DNA of 64,000 bases from Eledone cirrhosa (GCA_964016885.1 OZ024742.1:106144001-106208000), one strand, 5' to 3'. Positions 39,464-55,876 are shown, counted from the first letter of the stretch. Notes: generated from the sequence alone by a model not told the origin. Numbers and translations: made by a program.

Positions 39464-40439
39464 ATACTTTGGAAGGGTCATGTTGCCAATAAGAAACACA
39501 CGCACCAGTTGCTTTCACTTCAATTTATTATAAGTTAAATTTATAAATTTAGGAATTTATAAATTTGCGGTTGGTTGGTTGGTTCCACAACCAGACGATT
39601 GTTCATATATTGTCAAATTTCTTTCGTCACACATTCTGTGACCTCTTCAGTGACTGGGGATTCTTTTCTTTGTTTTTGTGCCTCTCCTTTGTTCTGTCCT
39701 ACGCCATCTTGTTTTTGTGTGTGTTGTGTGCTTAGTTTGCGCATGTGTTACATCCGGGTGTCTGTGTGTGTTTATATTTGTTTATTTATTTGTTTATTTA
39801 CATGTTACTGGTTGGTTGTTTGTTCTATGTGTGTGTGTGTGTTTTCATTTTGTCCTTAATTGTAAGTTGTGATGTTGCTGTTCCATTCATGTTTTCTATT
39901 TAATTTTGGTTGGCGTTCATTTATTGAAAAAAAAAAAAAAAAAGACGCAATGTTTAGACAAATCACAGAGGCAATTAACATAAATGAACTCCAACCAAAA
40001 TTAAATAGAAAACATGAATGGAACAGCAACATCACAACTTACAATTAAGAACAAAATGAAAATACACACATAGAACAAACAACCAACCAGTAACATGTAA
40101 ATAAACAAATAAATAAACAAATATAAACACACACACAGACACCCGGATGTAACACATGCGCAAACTAAGCACACAACACACACAAAAACAAGATGGCGTA
40201 GGACAGAACAAAGGAGAGGCACAAAAACAAAGAAAAGAATCCCCAGTCACTGAAGAGGTCACAGAATGTGTGACGAAAGAACTTTGACAATATATGAACA
40301 ATCGTCTGGTTGTGGAACCAACCAACCAACCGCAAATTTATAAATTCCTAAATTTATAAATTTAACTTATAATAAATTGAAGTGAAAGCAACTGGTGCAT
40401 GTGTTTCTTATTGGCAAGATGACCCTTCCAAAGTATAAC

Positions 40440-40440
<1 letters not shown>
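39460..40440. mobile_element. Head-to-head inverted pair of Penelope-like terminal repeats (~460-bp arms, ~55-bp spacer)
   Basis: 39460-39924 is the reverse complement of 39980-40440; both carry hammerheads; older copies at ~36760-37000 and ~15008-15045. Confidence 0.9.
40246..40288 (+). ncRNA. Minimal hammerhead ribozyme (mirror copy 39612-39654 on -)
   Basis: GUCA-CUGAAGA-G-GUCACA/UGUGAC-GAAA-GAAC-UU-UGAC. Confidence 0.7.
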
Positions 40441-40485
<45 letters not shown>

Positions 40486-41095
40486 TATATATCATCGTTC
40501 AATGTCCATTTTCCCATGCTAGCATGGGTTAGACGAGTTGTCCCGTTGCGGGACAAGTCTGATCAGGTGACTGCTTCTGGCTAGGTTTCTATGGCTGGTT
40601 GCCCTTCTTAACGCTAACTACAATTACAGGGTGGACTGGGTGCTTTTTATCGTGGCACTACTTTCCAGGGTGGAATGGGTGCTTTTTGTTGTAACACTAA
40701 CACAACCACTTTACTGTTTGGGCTGGCCACTTTAAATTTGACGGAGCCTATCCCTCCTCTTTGAACACAACCGATTTATTTCAAAGAAAGAGGAAAGATC
40801 GAGAGGAAACTAGATGGGATTTGAAATCGGAGCACAGAGAGTCGGATCGAATATCGCAAAGTATTCTAACGATTCTGCCAATTCACTGCTTCACAAAAAC
40901 TATACATATAGAAATATTGATTCAGATATGAATATCATATGTATGTGTTTGTAAGTGTAGCGTAATGTCCTTATGTCTTTCTCTGGAGAGGTCTACAAAT
41001 GTCATATAAAAAAGAAAACTTTCTATCCTTTTCTCTTGTCTTCTCTTCATTATTTCTCCCTCACTCTCAGTTGTGTTGCCTGTGGTCTTGCCTTA

Positions 41096-41166
<71 letters not shown>

Positions 41167-42819
41167 CTATCTCTCTCTCTCTTTCTTTCTTATGTCGTCT
41201 TGCCTTCAATTTCTCTCCATCTCTCTCTTTTCTTCTCCCCTTTCTCTCACCCCCTCTCTTTAGCTTTATTATAATTTGCTGTTAATGTTGCCTCTCTCTT
41301 CCAGCCCTGATTCTTTCTCTGGTAGAAGTAACAAAGACAAACAGTAACATTGACACAACAGACATCTAACAACGTGTGAGTTTAGTAGAACTTATATGTT
41401 GTAGAGGCAAATGTTTTAGTGTTAAAAGATAGAAATAAAAACAAAAAAGGGGGAGAAAAATTTAAAGATGAAAATAGCAAAATTCAGGGTGGGAGATTGT
41501 ACAAGAAATCCATTTAGGCTACCTAACATAACATTGACTAGTTTTCTCTGAAGTATTTTGATATTGCATGTTTTCCGGGGTCTTGCATTTTGCTGAAATG
41601 CTGTTATTGAAATGAACTTTGACAATAACATAACTGAAATATACTTGTATGTATGCGTGGACTTGTAATTCACATGGAATCGTCGGGCGTCGTGATGTAC
41701 GGCATATCGTGGACATTTTAAACTTCGCTGAACCCATTCCGTCTCAAGGGCTGAACAAATCCGATTTCTTCCGGGAAAGAGAGAGAGAGAGGTGGGGGGG
41801 GGGGGTTTAGAAGAATCAACCCTAGTACTGGACCGATTCTTTTTTTATCGACCACAAAAGGATGAAAGGCAAAGGTGGCTTCAGCGGGATTTAAATTCAA
41901 AGCATAGAGATCCAGAACAAATACCGCAAATCATTCTGACGTTCTAACGACTCTGTCAACTCGCCACCTTGAAATATGGTTTCTAATTTAGGCACAAGGC
42001 CAACAATTTTCAGGGGAAGGTACAGTTGTTGAGCCATTACTTAACTGGCACTCTGTTGGACTGTACATATTATTCAAAAAGCCATACATTCTGTCCGGCG
42101 GAATCTCACTTTCTTGAGGATTAGGTTAACGGTACACGTTTCTGTGGAATACTTAACCACTTACAAAGTAAGTTTGTGAGGAGGGTGTTCTGTTAATCGA
42201 ACAATTACACTCATCGACAAAATCGATAGAGTTCCACAACCACCGCTGGAAAGATCCGTAACTAAGTACCACAGCAATTTATCTGACGCCCTAAAAGTTC
42301 TCCAAATCAAGCATCTTGCAATATATTAACTGGAGATATATCTAGTCGATGACCATTGATGACCCTCTGTTATGTAGTTTGATATTTACTATCGGACAAA
42401 TCACAAATACGAGAAATGAAATTACTAGGACGAGAAGTGAACTTACACCGTTGGTTCAAATTTTCAGGAGTTTATGAAAGCTCTACTGCAACCGTGATGA
42501 AACAACAGTAGAGAATAAAGAATATTTGACAACTCGATATTTTATAAACCCCCTTCCCCCTCTCAGTCCTTCATATCTCCCGTATGGTTGTGAAGATACT
42601 TTTGTTTGAATGCAGAGCTTCGAAGTTAAAGAATATCACGCAAGCTGCAAGTTATACAGATTGGTGCTCACATCAGCGGGTACATTTATAATATATGGTT
42701 CACTGTGTGTTACGAAATACTGAGAGATTGGGACACACAGAAAGATATAATGTGTAACATATATGCGCACGCACGTCTGTACGAAAAGAGTGTAGGTGTA
42801 TGCATAACAGAAAGTTCGT

Positions 42820-42915
42820 GTATATGTGTTTGAACATGTGTGTACGTACGAGTATATGTATTGGAACATGTGTGTACGTACGAGTATATGTGTTTGAACA
42901 TGTGTGTACGTACGT
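42820..42915. repeat. 32-bp tandem repeat, 3 copies
   Basis: GTATATGTGTTTGAACATGTGTGTACGTACGA units. Confidence 0.85.
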
Positions 42916-43880
42916 GTATCAGAGTTTGTGATTGCGCGTAAGTATATATGGGCTTAATGGTGTGTTTAACTAAAATGAAATATGACTTCTGAAATGATTG
43001 GAGCAGACGATATTGTTCAACACTGGTTGAAAGCTTGATTCATTTGGTTCACTAACTGCTGAGTAGATTTTCTTTTGACTCCTACTGCTTCATAATTTGT
43101 TCAGGTGAATTAAGGTTGACAGTCCGTACATATATTTCATTGTCTAAATATCTAGCTAACCGAAATAGACAGTCAATGCTCGAAGTATAGAATGTTATAC
43201 TTTGTTCTGTTTTTACACTGTAAGTCATTTCTTCATCCTTTTTGTACAATGTTTACCTTCTCACCCACATGCATTGTTTACCTTCACTTAACCCTACTTA
43301 AACTTATTTTTTTTGAAAGCTCAAATGTGTGAATGCAGAGGTCTAGAATAACTGTCAAAACGACGGCTGCTCAAATTCTGTCATCATTGATAAGGGGCAT
43401 AACACTCCGAACTGTTTCAATGTCGATAAAATGGACCTACGAGTACATCAGAAAAGCTGTCCTCTTAACCTAATTGTTATGGCGATTCAGTGTGACAAGA
43501 CGTGTCCTTGGGAGTTACAGGTATAGTCCCTTCGACTGATTTCCAAACAGTTTCTATCTACCCAATTTCACTCACAAGGTATGGGTCGACCTGAGACTAT
43601 AGAAAATATCACGTGTTCATGATGCTTCTCTCTGAGATCTAACTCGGGAACTAATGATTGGGAAGCCGACTGATTAGCAATTTGGGCATGGTGCGTTCTC
43701 ACAATGTAGAAAACTGTAAATAAACATCCAAATGGAACATCCGTCCCATAGAAACAAGCACCAGAAATCACTAACGTATCCACTTTTTCTGCATGTCTGC
43801 TTGTCTTTGAAATCACTTTGTCTGCATGTCTTTGAAATCAATTTCTGCAAAATGATCGACGGCGCATTGACAACGACCAT

Positions 43881-43912
<32 letters not shown>

Positions 43913-44101
43913 ATTATATATATATATATATAGTCTTTATTTCGTATAGAAATAAATTCTAGAGGGCTAGAATTGTTTCATTCGTATGAAATCATCAAGT
44001 TGAAATAACTTCTATATAGAATAAAAATTCCTATACTCTACTTACGTATTACGTATATTTTTAACTGTGGTCGTCTCCTGATACACATCGGGAATCCACC
44101 C

Positions 44102-44143
<42 letters not shown>

Positions 44144-44159
44144 CTGTACTAATAATAAA

Positions 44160-44347
44160 TAATTGTTTCTACTTTAGGCTCAAGGCCAGCAAATACCCAG
44201 TGCATTACTGGTACTTTATTTTATCGACCCCATAAGGATGAAAGGGAAAGTCAATCTCGGCGGGATTTGAACTCAGATCGTAAAGGGACGTAACTATGCT
44301 GGAAAGCATGGCGTCCGACCCTCTATCGATACTGCCAATCCACCGCC
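44160..44347 (-). mobile_element. SINE family A with ~16-bp TSD
   Basis: CTAATAATAAATAATT on both sides. Confidence 0.87.
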
Positions 44348-45082
44348 CTAATAATAAATAATTTGCAATAGCTTTTATACGTTAGGTTTATTATCTTACA
44401 GTTTAGTGACATTTTTTAAAAATCGTATCATTTATAATATCTTTCATTTAATATGGCTTAAATTTGAATTACTTGTTCCTAGTAAGGCGGCGAATTGGTA
44501 GAGTCGTTAGAACGTCGGACAAAACAATTTGCAGTATTCTTTGCGCTTTGAGGTCAAATCCTACCGAGGTTAGCTATGCGATTCATCCTTTCGATGCCAA
44601 TAAATAAACTACTATTACATTACTGGGGTCGATTCTTACTCTAGATCTCTTTCTTAATCCTCTTCTCTCACATTCTCACTCTCTTCTCATCTGTAAGAAA
44701 TCGGTTTTATTCAGACCTGGTGAATGAATTATCTGCACCAGGTTAAAATTCCTATGTTATGGTGGAGCCTCTATGACTCCATCAAGAGTTACGAGTCCAG
44801 AGCATGGACCTATTCCTAATGCTGCATTCCACGCGAGTTTCTTCATTCCTTTTGTTTAGTTCGTTTTAGTAGCAACAAGTAGCTCTAATCTTGAGATAGC
44901 ATAGTCACAATTTTAGTTAGCAGAAAACAATGTCAATAGTATAAAATATGAGAAAAGCAGGAGAGGGATGATAATACGGAAAAAAAGGTAATGGTAATGA
45001 AGAAGAGAGAATGGGAGTGAAAGGTAGAGAGCTTACCTAAAGAGATGAACACAGAAATATGTCGAGGGAGACACAATTGAGG

Positions 45083-45124
<42 letters not shown>

Positions 45125-45219
45125 CAAAACTGGAGAGAGGTGTACACGCACACACATACACACACATATATATATATATATATAAAGAGAGAGAAAAGAG
45201 AGAGAGAGAGAGAGAGTGA

Positions 45220-45253
<34 letters not shown>

Positions 45254-45582
45254 GAGAGCGAAAGAAAGAAAGAGAGAAGGTAAAGTGCTTTCAGGTAGAC
45301 ATGCACTTGCATGTTTTAAAGAACATTGATTAACATAACGAGGGATCGAATTACGGTAGCTACACAGTGAACCACCTGACCTGCTGTTGACATTTGCAGT
45401 CAAAATCACGGACATACGTTTAATCTTAACATATATAATTCTCACACATAGCTACACACACACACATACTCGCTTATATACACATATATATGAATAGATG
45501 CGTGTATATTTATGTATATATGTGTGTACGTGTATATATATATACATATAATATATATGTATACATATATACACAGATATAC

Positions 45583-45614
<32 letters not shown>

Positions 45615-45994
45615 ATGTGTGGGTGGGTGGGTGTATGTGTGTATGTGTGGGTGGGTGTATGTGTGTGTGTGTATGCATATATAAGGAAAAGAAACAAAAT
45701 GCAATTGGAGTCTTTTAAGAATATTTATTCATTTTACCGATTTCACAGTTCTTATGATTGTCAAAATAAAATTGAGATGGGAGATTTATGTTTCTGTTGT
45801 GGTGACCACAGCAGAAATACAACCCCTCCATCGCACCGGTCACTCGAATAGTCCCCTTTATTTTCATCGGAAGAAGAGATTTTAATCTCGAAATATCAGG
45901 ACATATAAATAAATTAAGGTAAAAACACTTCTTGTTTCACCCGACTTGTTTATTTATTTATTCGTCCATTTCGCATTGTCGTGGCTTTCAAATT

Positions 45995-46034
<40 letters not shown>

Positions 46035-46248
46035 CAAAACATTTAAAATGCCTTTTTTCTGTCCCACCTCAAAAAGAAAATAACAATAACAACAACATAT
46101 ATACTTCTTACCTCTGAAATAACTCGAACGAATAGACACTAAAACATGAAAATTTCTACGAAAAGTAATCCGGAAATTTAAGAATTAGGAAACAAATATT
46201 GTCACAGCAAAATCCTCCACAACCATTACTACTACTACTACTACTACT

Positions 46249-46282
<34 letters not shown>

Positions 46283-46294
46283 AACAATGGATTC

Positions 46295-46491
46295 TTACAT
46301 AGGCACAAGGCCAGCAATTTTGGGGAGGGGAAAGTCGGTTAAATCGACCTCAGTGTGTTAATGGTACTTTATTTTATCGACCGCGTATGGATGTAAGGCA
46401 AAGCTAACCTCGGCGGGATTTGAACTCAGAACGTAAAATGCCATAACTTTATGCTGCAAAGTATAGTGTCAAACGCTCTGCCGATACTGCC

Positions 46492-46492
<1 letters not shown>
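46295..46492 (-). mobile_element. SINE family A between (ACT)/(GCT) and (TAG)/(TTG) microsatellites
   Basis: Homology to family A. Confidence 0.8.
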
Positions 46493-46560
<68 letters not shown>

Positions 46561-46582
46561 TGTTGTTGTTGTTGTTGTTGTT

Positions 46583-46633
<51 letters not shown>

Positions 46634-46849
46634 ACAACAATGACATTTAAAAAAATGAATAAATAAATGAATAAAATAATCTATGAAGGGAACAAATTCA
46701 AAGGAAAAAATCCCAATCTGAGCTTAATGCAAAGAGATTACTACAACATATGTACGAATTAAACCTCATCTTCCGTCTTTAACCTGTATTTTGTACTTGG
46801 TGAACCTTAATTAAAGTATTCTATTGAACATCTTAATTTACTTGCACGT

Positions 46850-47513
<664 letters not shown>

Positions 47514-48548
47514 ATTGATAGATGCATAGAGACATTCTAATGCATATGCTCTTTTGTAGTTATAATCAGCTTTGTTCATTCCCTAGAAGTGGATTTCCGA
47601 ATTTACAGAAAGGTTTCTTACCAAAAAGCCTCACTTAATAGCTTTACCAAACGTTTCACAATAATGTTTCAAAATTGCAATAATTCTGATAAACTGTTGG
47701 CAATATTGTTTCAACGTTTATATTAGTTAAGCTGGCTACCTGAAAAACCCTGTATCTAGACATTTCTGCGGGGAAATCTTTCATAGTTGCCTTGTTTTGT
47801 GACTCTTTATCCGATTTTAGTTTGTGCGTTTTCGTTTGTTTGTTTTTAAATTCTTTCCCTTTTTCGTGTACTTAAAGACACGACAAATATATCTTTGGCA
47901 TTGCCGATATAAAGAAACCCATTGATTTCCTTAAACAATAAAAACTGAAGTAAGAGCAAAACAACAATTCCTTCAAGCATTGACACAAGACCACAAGATT
48001 GTGGGAATGGAAACGTCGATTTCCTCGAGCCTAGTAATTTACTGGTACTTTATTTTATCAATCCATCGGCAGGATTTGAACTCAGAACGAAATGAACATC
48101 AAGAAATGAAGCTAAGATTGTTTCGCCAATGTTCTAACGATTCTGCCAATTGAACTGACTAACAGATATAAATTTATGTACATATACACATATATAAGAT
48201 TCAAATTACCTTTTCGGATTTTAATAGCATTACTGTGCATGTGGCCTTGGAAAACGAAACTTAGAAATAAAACTGTAGGACTTCCTTTAGTTTCAATGAC
48301 ACGTGTACCGATTGTTCGAACAATGGAACAAACAGCCTCTGAAGTTAACGTGCAAGTGACTGAGCAATACTTCGAAACTTGTAGTTTTAACGTAGATCTC
48401 AGGGAGATTCAGGACAACACTGGCCCTTACATATATGAATCTTTGCCAGCTGAGAGACTGGAACAATGGGAAATAAAGTGCCATGCTCAATGACACAAGC
48501 CACATGCCTTCAAGATTATTAGCATATTTCGATATTATATTTCTGTAT

Positions 48549-48648
<100 letters not shown>

Positions 48649-50261
48649 GCATACATACATACATACATACATACATACATACATACATACATACATACAT
48701 ACACTACAATCTATAATTTAGCCTCATTCAGACGCAATTATTGGAAAACTAGCGACACCAGTTTTGGGCTTTTAGGCTGCTATTAAAACCAGTCGCGGTT
48801 ATTTATGCGAGTTTTACGTTTGTTTTAAATTATTCCTCCATTGTCCACTTTGATAGCACCATCATTAAGGAAGTAAGTAAGAAGACATAAATTTATAGAC
48901 ATCGATTGCTTCACTTACTTTTACAACAATGCCAGAAATATAGTAAACAGGATATTTTCGGATAAGGCAAACATTTATTTATTTATATAGGTTTAATGAT
49001 TCGGTTACATTCATATTTAGACGCTTATCAGTCTCTTTATACCCTTCCAATCGTCCATTAGAAACTGTATACACATCTTAGAGTCATCTAGACTGTATTC
49101 CACTTTCCAGTAAATTTTCATTAATGTAAAAGTAAGAATGACAAAGCAAAACCATAATGTTTTACTAACATTTCATAATATTTCGAGTTTAGAACTTCTT
49201 AATCAAATGAAAAAGAAAATCGCAGCATCTTGGTCTTACAAGTTATTCTTTGTTGTGTATGAGTCTAGACGCCATGCATTGAATGTTCCTGAAAATACCT
49301 AACATTACTGTTATGTAGAGTGATGCCACTGGCGGCATAGAATTGTGATCCGATAAACTGAAGCTTGTGTGCTTGTTTGTAGAGTACCGTTGTTGTACCA
49401 ATCTGTTTCCTCTGCTGTAGGTTGTTGACAAATTGTTATCCATCCTCCGTCATCATTTATAATCATCTTGGTAGATTTAATTTGGACTGAATTGAGTTAA
49501 TTACGCTCTGTATAATCGTTGCTTGTCTTTCCCTATCCGACATGTTTGCCATTTTGCATAGTATTTTAAGCCTCTGTTGAGTATTATTTACAAATATTTA
49601 TAATTTGGACAGAAGGCTAGCAATTTGTGGGGAGGAGAGTAGAAATTGATTATATCAACCACAGTATTTGGCTGGTACTTAATCTTATAGACCCCAGAAG
49701 AATGAAAGTCAAAATTGACCTTGGCAGGATTTAAACTCAAAGCACAGATAACCAGCCAGGACGTATACTGTAAACATTGGATTTGACACTCTAATGACAC
49801 AGCCAACCTGCCCACCCTTTTACACATAATGGAAATATGTTCTGTCCTAACGAGCTTGCTGTCTGTCTTGTTTTCTTTTCTTTGTTTTTTGGTGTTTTTT
49901 TTTTATAAATAGCGACAATTTCTCAATAGGCCTGTTTTCCGTAATAAAAAAAGAACTCTTAAGTTATTTAATTACTCAAATGTCACTTCCCAATCATTCC
50001 CCATGATTAAGCTGGCTATTGAAAATTCTCTTTAGTTAGCTGATCTTAGTGATAAACATTGCGAGTAAAGCTATAGAAATATAAGAACATGAATGACATA
50101 AACCAGTGTAGTACTCAATGCATGATGAGATACAGAGTAAGTAGAGTTAAAAGGTGTAATCCCAACAAAGAAGTTCTCCATTAGGACTACATGTTTTAAC
50201 TTCATACATACATACATATTTATATCTACGTCTCTCTCTCTCTATATATTTATATATATAT

Positions 50262-50327
<66 letters not shown>

Positions 50328-51019
50328 CGTATACGTGTGTGTGGTGAGAGAGAGAGAGGTTGTGTGTGTGTTGAAAGATGTATTTGTTATATAATGCTCG
50401 CTTTTGTCATTGAAAAATGTTTTGTGAGCGAGGGTGTCATTAGCAGATATTTAATACGTATACTAGTTGGGGGTCTTCTGTAGCTAACTTTTCCGAAGTC
50501 TGGTCGAGTCGAGTCGTGTTTTTTGACGCTAATGAATGGTGGAAAGTTTGTCAAATAGTGGCGATGATTGTAGTAGTAGTAATGGAAGTAGTGGAGCGGG
50601 TGGGGATGATGATGTTGTGGTTGTTTTGGTGTTTAGGATACTGGTGATGGTGTCAGGGGAGGTTTTCCTCGTGGGGAGCTTGTTGTAATGGGGGTGATAG
50701 TGGTGGTGTTGGTGGTAGTTGATTGATGATGTTGATAGATATGCTTTTGTGAAGGTGCGTAGCTTAGTACTTAAAGTGTTCGGCTCACAGATATAATACT
50801 GGGAGTTGTGCTATAGTTTGAGTTATTAATGTTGTTTAGCCGGCTCCCTCCTAGATAAGAATTGATTGAGCAGCCCTGTAGACAAAGGCATTTCAGCCGT
50901 GGCTGACCAGTCTCTCTCTCTATATATATAAAACTACATTGGCCAAAATGCCATTGATGTAATTCAAGAGGGAGATTTAGTTGTTATATCTTGCATGTCG
51001 AGCAAGTTACGTAGAGGCC

Positions 51020-51075
51020 TCTTGTATGTCCAATACGTCTTGTATGTCCAATACGTCTTGTATGTCCAATACGTC
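51020..51075. repeat. 18-bp tandem repeat, 3 copies
   Basis: CTTGTATGTCCAATACGT units. Confidence 0.9.
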
Positions 51076-53769
51076 GTCTTATTTTGTATCCAATTTCTTC
51101 CTTTTTAAAAAACTAAACGAAGTCATGTAAGAGAAATTTAGCTGCTATTTCTTCCATTTCGACCAAGCCACGTAGAGGACTCTTCTGTCAGGGAGGTAGT
51201 AGGGATGGTGGTGTTAATTTTGTGACGCCTTTTGATGTTTTTCTTTTTTCGTTCTTTATTTGTTTTTATTGTTATTGTTATGGCTTCTAGTCCTCACTGG
51301 TTGTTGTTGCTGTTGTTATTGATGGCGACAATGATTGTAATGTTGGTGATGATGATGGTGATAATGATCTTGTTGCTGCTGCTGCTGCTGAGGATGAAGA
51401 TGATAATGATGGTGGTGAGTGTAAGGTGGGGGTCGTCGCATTAGAGAGATGTTGGTGCTAACGATGGTAGTGATAGTAACGGTGAATGTCTTACTGTTTC
51501 CACGATGCTGTAATGATGATTAGGTATGATTATTGTGTTAGAGTAATGTTGGCGCTAATGGTGGTGGTGGTGTTGTTGTTGGTGGTTATAATGGCGAACG
51601 TCTTATTGTTTAAATGGTGGTGATACACGTGGTTGTAATGGTGATAGGGCTATCGTAACGAGTGGAGTCCATGGCAACATGAACAAATAGAAGCAACGAG
51701 AAGAGGGGTGGGTTCTGCCAGGCTTAAAATGTCCAACTAAGGCCTTATGTCACGACGGCTCCCCTACGATTTCATCAGGAATTGCGGGACGATACAAGGT
51801 TTTTGTGTTAGGCTTACACTCAATCTTAATGCCGTGGGTTAGAGCCCTATACCAGGCGGTGTGTGTTGTTCTTAAAGGCAACACCTCATTTCATGATGCT
51901 CCAGCCTCAACTCAGCTGAAAATGAGTATTATCAATAACTCGGGATTAACCATTCGATAGACTGGTATGCTGTCTGTGATGAGAAGGTGGGGTGGAAGTC
52001 TTGTGCTCTCAGTAACACCAATGAAACCGAGATAGGCTCCGGCCTGATGATCTTCCCAACTTGGGATAGATTTTAAGGGGTTTTTTTAAATGGAAAGTTG
52101 GCACAGGTTTGTTGTGACTATGTGTATGACATCTATGGTGGTATTAGAAGTGTATTATGAGGATTTTGGTGATGAGGGAGGTTAGTACATGAGATGCTTA
52201 TAATGGCGGAAGTTCTGATAGTATTCTGATGTGTATCATTGTAAAGACAGTAGGGCGTAGGGCAACATTTAGTTACAATTTCTAGCAGGAATGGAGGCAT
52301 TGCTGTTGGCTCGAAGTGTTGTGGAGATTTATATCGTTGAGCTGGAAGTATGTTAGACTAAAAACAGTAGAGTCTATGGATGATAGGTGTTGAGAATTAT
52401 GGTGATGATAGTGTTCATGTGTAATGTATGTGATATATCTGTAACAACCTTCCTTCCATTAAACACAATAAATCTGCCACACACTCACACATTCTAGCAC
52501 ACACACACACATACACTTACAGAGTGAGGGGTTGGAGAAGGGAAGGCTAAGAAAAAAAATGAGAAGTTAAGTTGTCTAAATATGTTGAGATGGCGTGTTA
52601 AGATTTTGAAACACCCTTCTCACTCACTGATTGGTTTATGTTACTTTTTAAACATTTCTAAATGAAAGGAGGAGCAAATGGGACTAGAAATATAGGCAAC
52701 AGCCAGAAAGTGGGGGTTCTCCTAGTTGGGAGGAGTGAAGTGGAGGTGGAATGGTGGTGACAGCGGTGTTGAAAGATATTAATTGTAGATACTGATATGT
52801 TAAGGAAAATAAATATACGAGTAAATAGAAGAAAAAATTCAGCCCATCCCCTCACCATGTCCATAAGAAGTCAAATAGGATAAGTAAGGTATATGACTAA
52901 CGAGATTATGAAAGATGATTTGAAACCCACTGGAAGCATTTCATTATGACTCTGATAGAGGATCAGATCGGCAGAGTGGTTAGAGGGTAGCAATATTTGT
53001 TTTGATTCTTTATCTTCTCACCTCAAACCCCGCCGAGGTCAACTTTGCTTTTCAGCCTTTCAGAGTTAATATGATAAAGAAGCAGTCAAATACTGAGTTC
53101 GATTTCAATCACTTTCCCCTCTCTCAAAATTACTGGTATTGTGTCTAATGTAGAACTCGTTAAAGATTGGTCGTGTCTTGGCAAAACCATTTGAGTATCG
53201 GACAAATACTTTGTGGTGTTTGTTCCAAAGCTTTGTTATATGTGTTCAAATGCCGCCCAGGTTAACCTTTCAACCATCTATGGTCGATAAAATAAAACAA
53301 CGGGGATCGATTTTATCGGCTTTCCTCGCCCTCAAAACTTCTGACCTTGTGCCAAAATTAGAAACAAATATGTCACAGGTTTTATAGGGAGGAGATCGAA
53401 GAATCTTTCTTCCGGGGTCGATAAAATAAACTATGAGTTAAATATCGCGGTGTATATAATTGTCTGCTTATTTCACCCAAATTTGAGGCCTTGTGCCTAT
53501 ATAAAAGCATGTTTCTGAGCTGAATCCGTTTATCATTTTGTTAGTTGGTGTGAATATGACAGTTGCTGTTGTTATTGTTGTTGTAGTCGTCTTTGCTGTT
53601 GCTGTTCAATTCCAGATCAATTCTAATTGGGCAGATCTATGATCAATGGGATTTCAGCAGTCTTTTTTTTAAAGGGATATTTAGAGAGTTCTTTCCGTTT
53701 TTAAGACTGTAGGCTATGATTTCAAAGTGTCTCTACTGCTGCTTTGTCAGCTGTTTAGGTGGAAATACC

Positions 53770-54235
53770 TAGTTTCTACCTATTTGTAGACCAATCAACG
53801 CTAGGCAGATTGAAGTCTCCCATCATAAATATGTTACCAGAATGTCACTGTTGTATAAAACACTTCATGCTGTTGAGCTATTCTTTGAAACACAGTATGG
53901 GTGTTTGGGGTGGCCTATAGAGCCAAATTACAATCAAAACATTGGCTTTGTTATGCACGGTGACTGATTCACAGTAGCCATTGAAGAATATGATATTTCC
54001 TTCTGTCGTAAAGGAATCATGCAGGAAAATGGCAGTTCCTCCCTTCTTTCTGTCGATACGGTCTGCGTGGGTTGTTGTAAAATTCCTCACCTTCAGTTCG
54101 GCTTCCAAGTGGGAGTTGTCGAGATGGGTCTCAGTTAGGATGGAGAAAGGAATGTGATGTGGATGGTTGTCAACCCAATCCTCAGTGAATTGGATATTCT
54201 ATGTTTGTGTATTGATTAGAATCGAGTAGAAATGT
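53770..54235 (-). pseudogene. Degraded APE endonuclease of a LINE (CR1/L2/Jockey-type)
   Basis: ILTETHL, DRIDRKKGGTAIFL, LYRPP and MGDFNLPSVDW motifs, with stops and frameshifts. Confidence 0.8.
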
Positions 54236-54576
54236 TGAGGCTAGTGTAGCGGCTGGATTTGACTGCTTCAGGGGGATTGTTTTGTGTTTGCTTGTTAGTA
54301 ACAGTAATAGAGGGAGTTGGGGCACTGGGGCAATAGCAGAAGTTTGTGTTGTGTGATCAAGGCTAAAAAGGAGTTTTCTTGTTTAGGGAGAATTTGCTGA
54401 CTGTAAGTGTGGTTGCACGGTTGGATACGGTTATAGTTTCCACATTTGGTTATGTGTTGCGTATCTTAATGAAAAGTCTTTTAGGATTCCGGGTTACGCA
54501 TGATTTAGTGTTTGATTTAGTATTTGGTTGTGTTGATGCTATTGTGAGATGTATATATATATATATACACACAAAC

Positions 54577-54614
<38 letters not shown>

Positions 54615-55876
54615 GTTACATGCAGTCACTGTATATGTCACATATACAGTTACTTAAGTTTCGTTGAGTTATACACCCCAACTCATTTAGCCTGTAATAT
54701 AAAAAGAAAATGGCTACCTCCACAGGTTGATTTAGGAAAGAAGCGAGAGTTCTTCAAGGGCAGATAACTCCGATTTTAGCTATAAATAAACAAAAGTTTT
54801 AGATAGTGTAAAGGGAAGTAACTATCAAAAACCACAAAGTTAGGGAACTTGTGCAAAGTTAGTAATTCAAAACAATTAAATTCCTTCAAATTAAAATTAA
54901 TTAGTCTGGTCTATACCATCTTCTCAGAATGAATTTCCCTCCGTGTGGACAACAACTAAATACCAGCATTGCTTGCTTTAGTCGCTGTCCACACGTTCCT
55001 CTATATGTCACTGTTGTAACTAATTATACTTAGTTCGGCCTATGGACTGAGTGCTCTTACCCTTGGATACATCCACCAAACTTATACTACATATATATGT
55101 ACATATATTATATATATAAATGTACATATATATATATATAATATATATAATATATATATATATGTAATGTATATATATAATATATATGTACATATTGTAT
55201 ATACATTGTTGGAGTGTTTCTGTATGTGTATGAACGTATGTGTGTGTGTGCGCGCGGGTGTTATTAAAAATACATCCATCAAATTGGTGAAACGTACGTT
55301 TGAATTGAAGCAGTACACAACATAGGTATTATATTCCTGAAATACTCCCCCAAGACACACGTACGCACACACACACGCACAACACCATTCATAATCATGT
55401 ATCATGATGTTAAAAGATCTATTTACACAGACACACAAACACACACACACACAGACACACATACAGATAGAGAGACATACACACACTCCCACAACACGGA
55501 TTATTAATAAATTTAGAATGCAAGGAGGCAATATTCGAAAAATGACGGAGAATGTACACTAACGCTGAATTTAGGAAGTAAAAAAATAGTCCAATATTTA
55601 ATATGAAATGGTCATAAGATGAGTCGCATTTTTAAGTTTAAGGAATGACAGAAAAATTCCATCAGATATTTGTATGGTACCATTAAGGTCTAATTTACAG
55701 GTTCTGGGATATCTTGTATATTGTTTTGCATACAATCTCCTGCTGGAGGATTCAACATGGGAGCCTCTATAAGAACGGTTGACCAACTAGAATACGCAGC
55801 GAAATCCCTCACAAATCACATTCTAACATCTTAGAAAATAAAGGATATGTTGGATAATGGGATTTTACATACGTCA

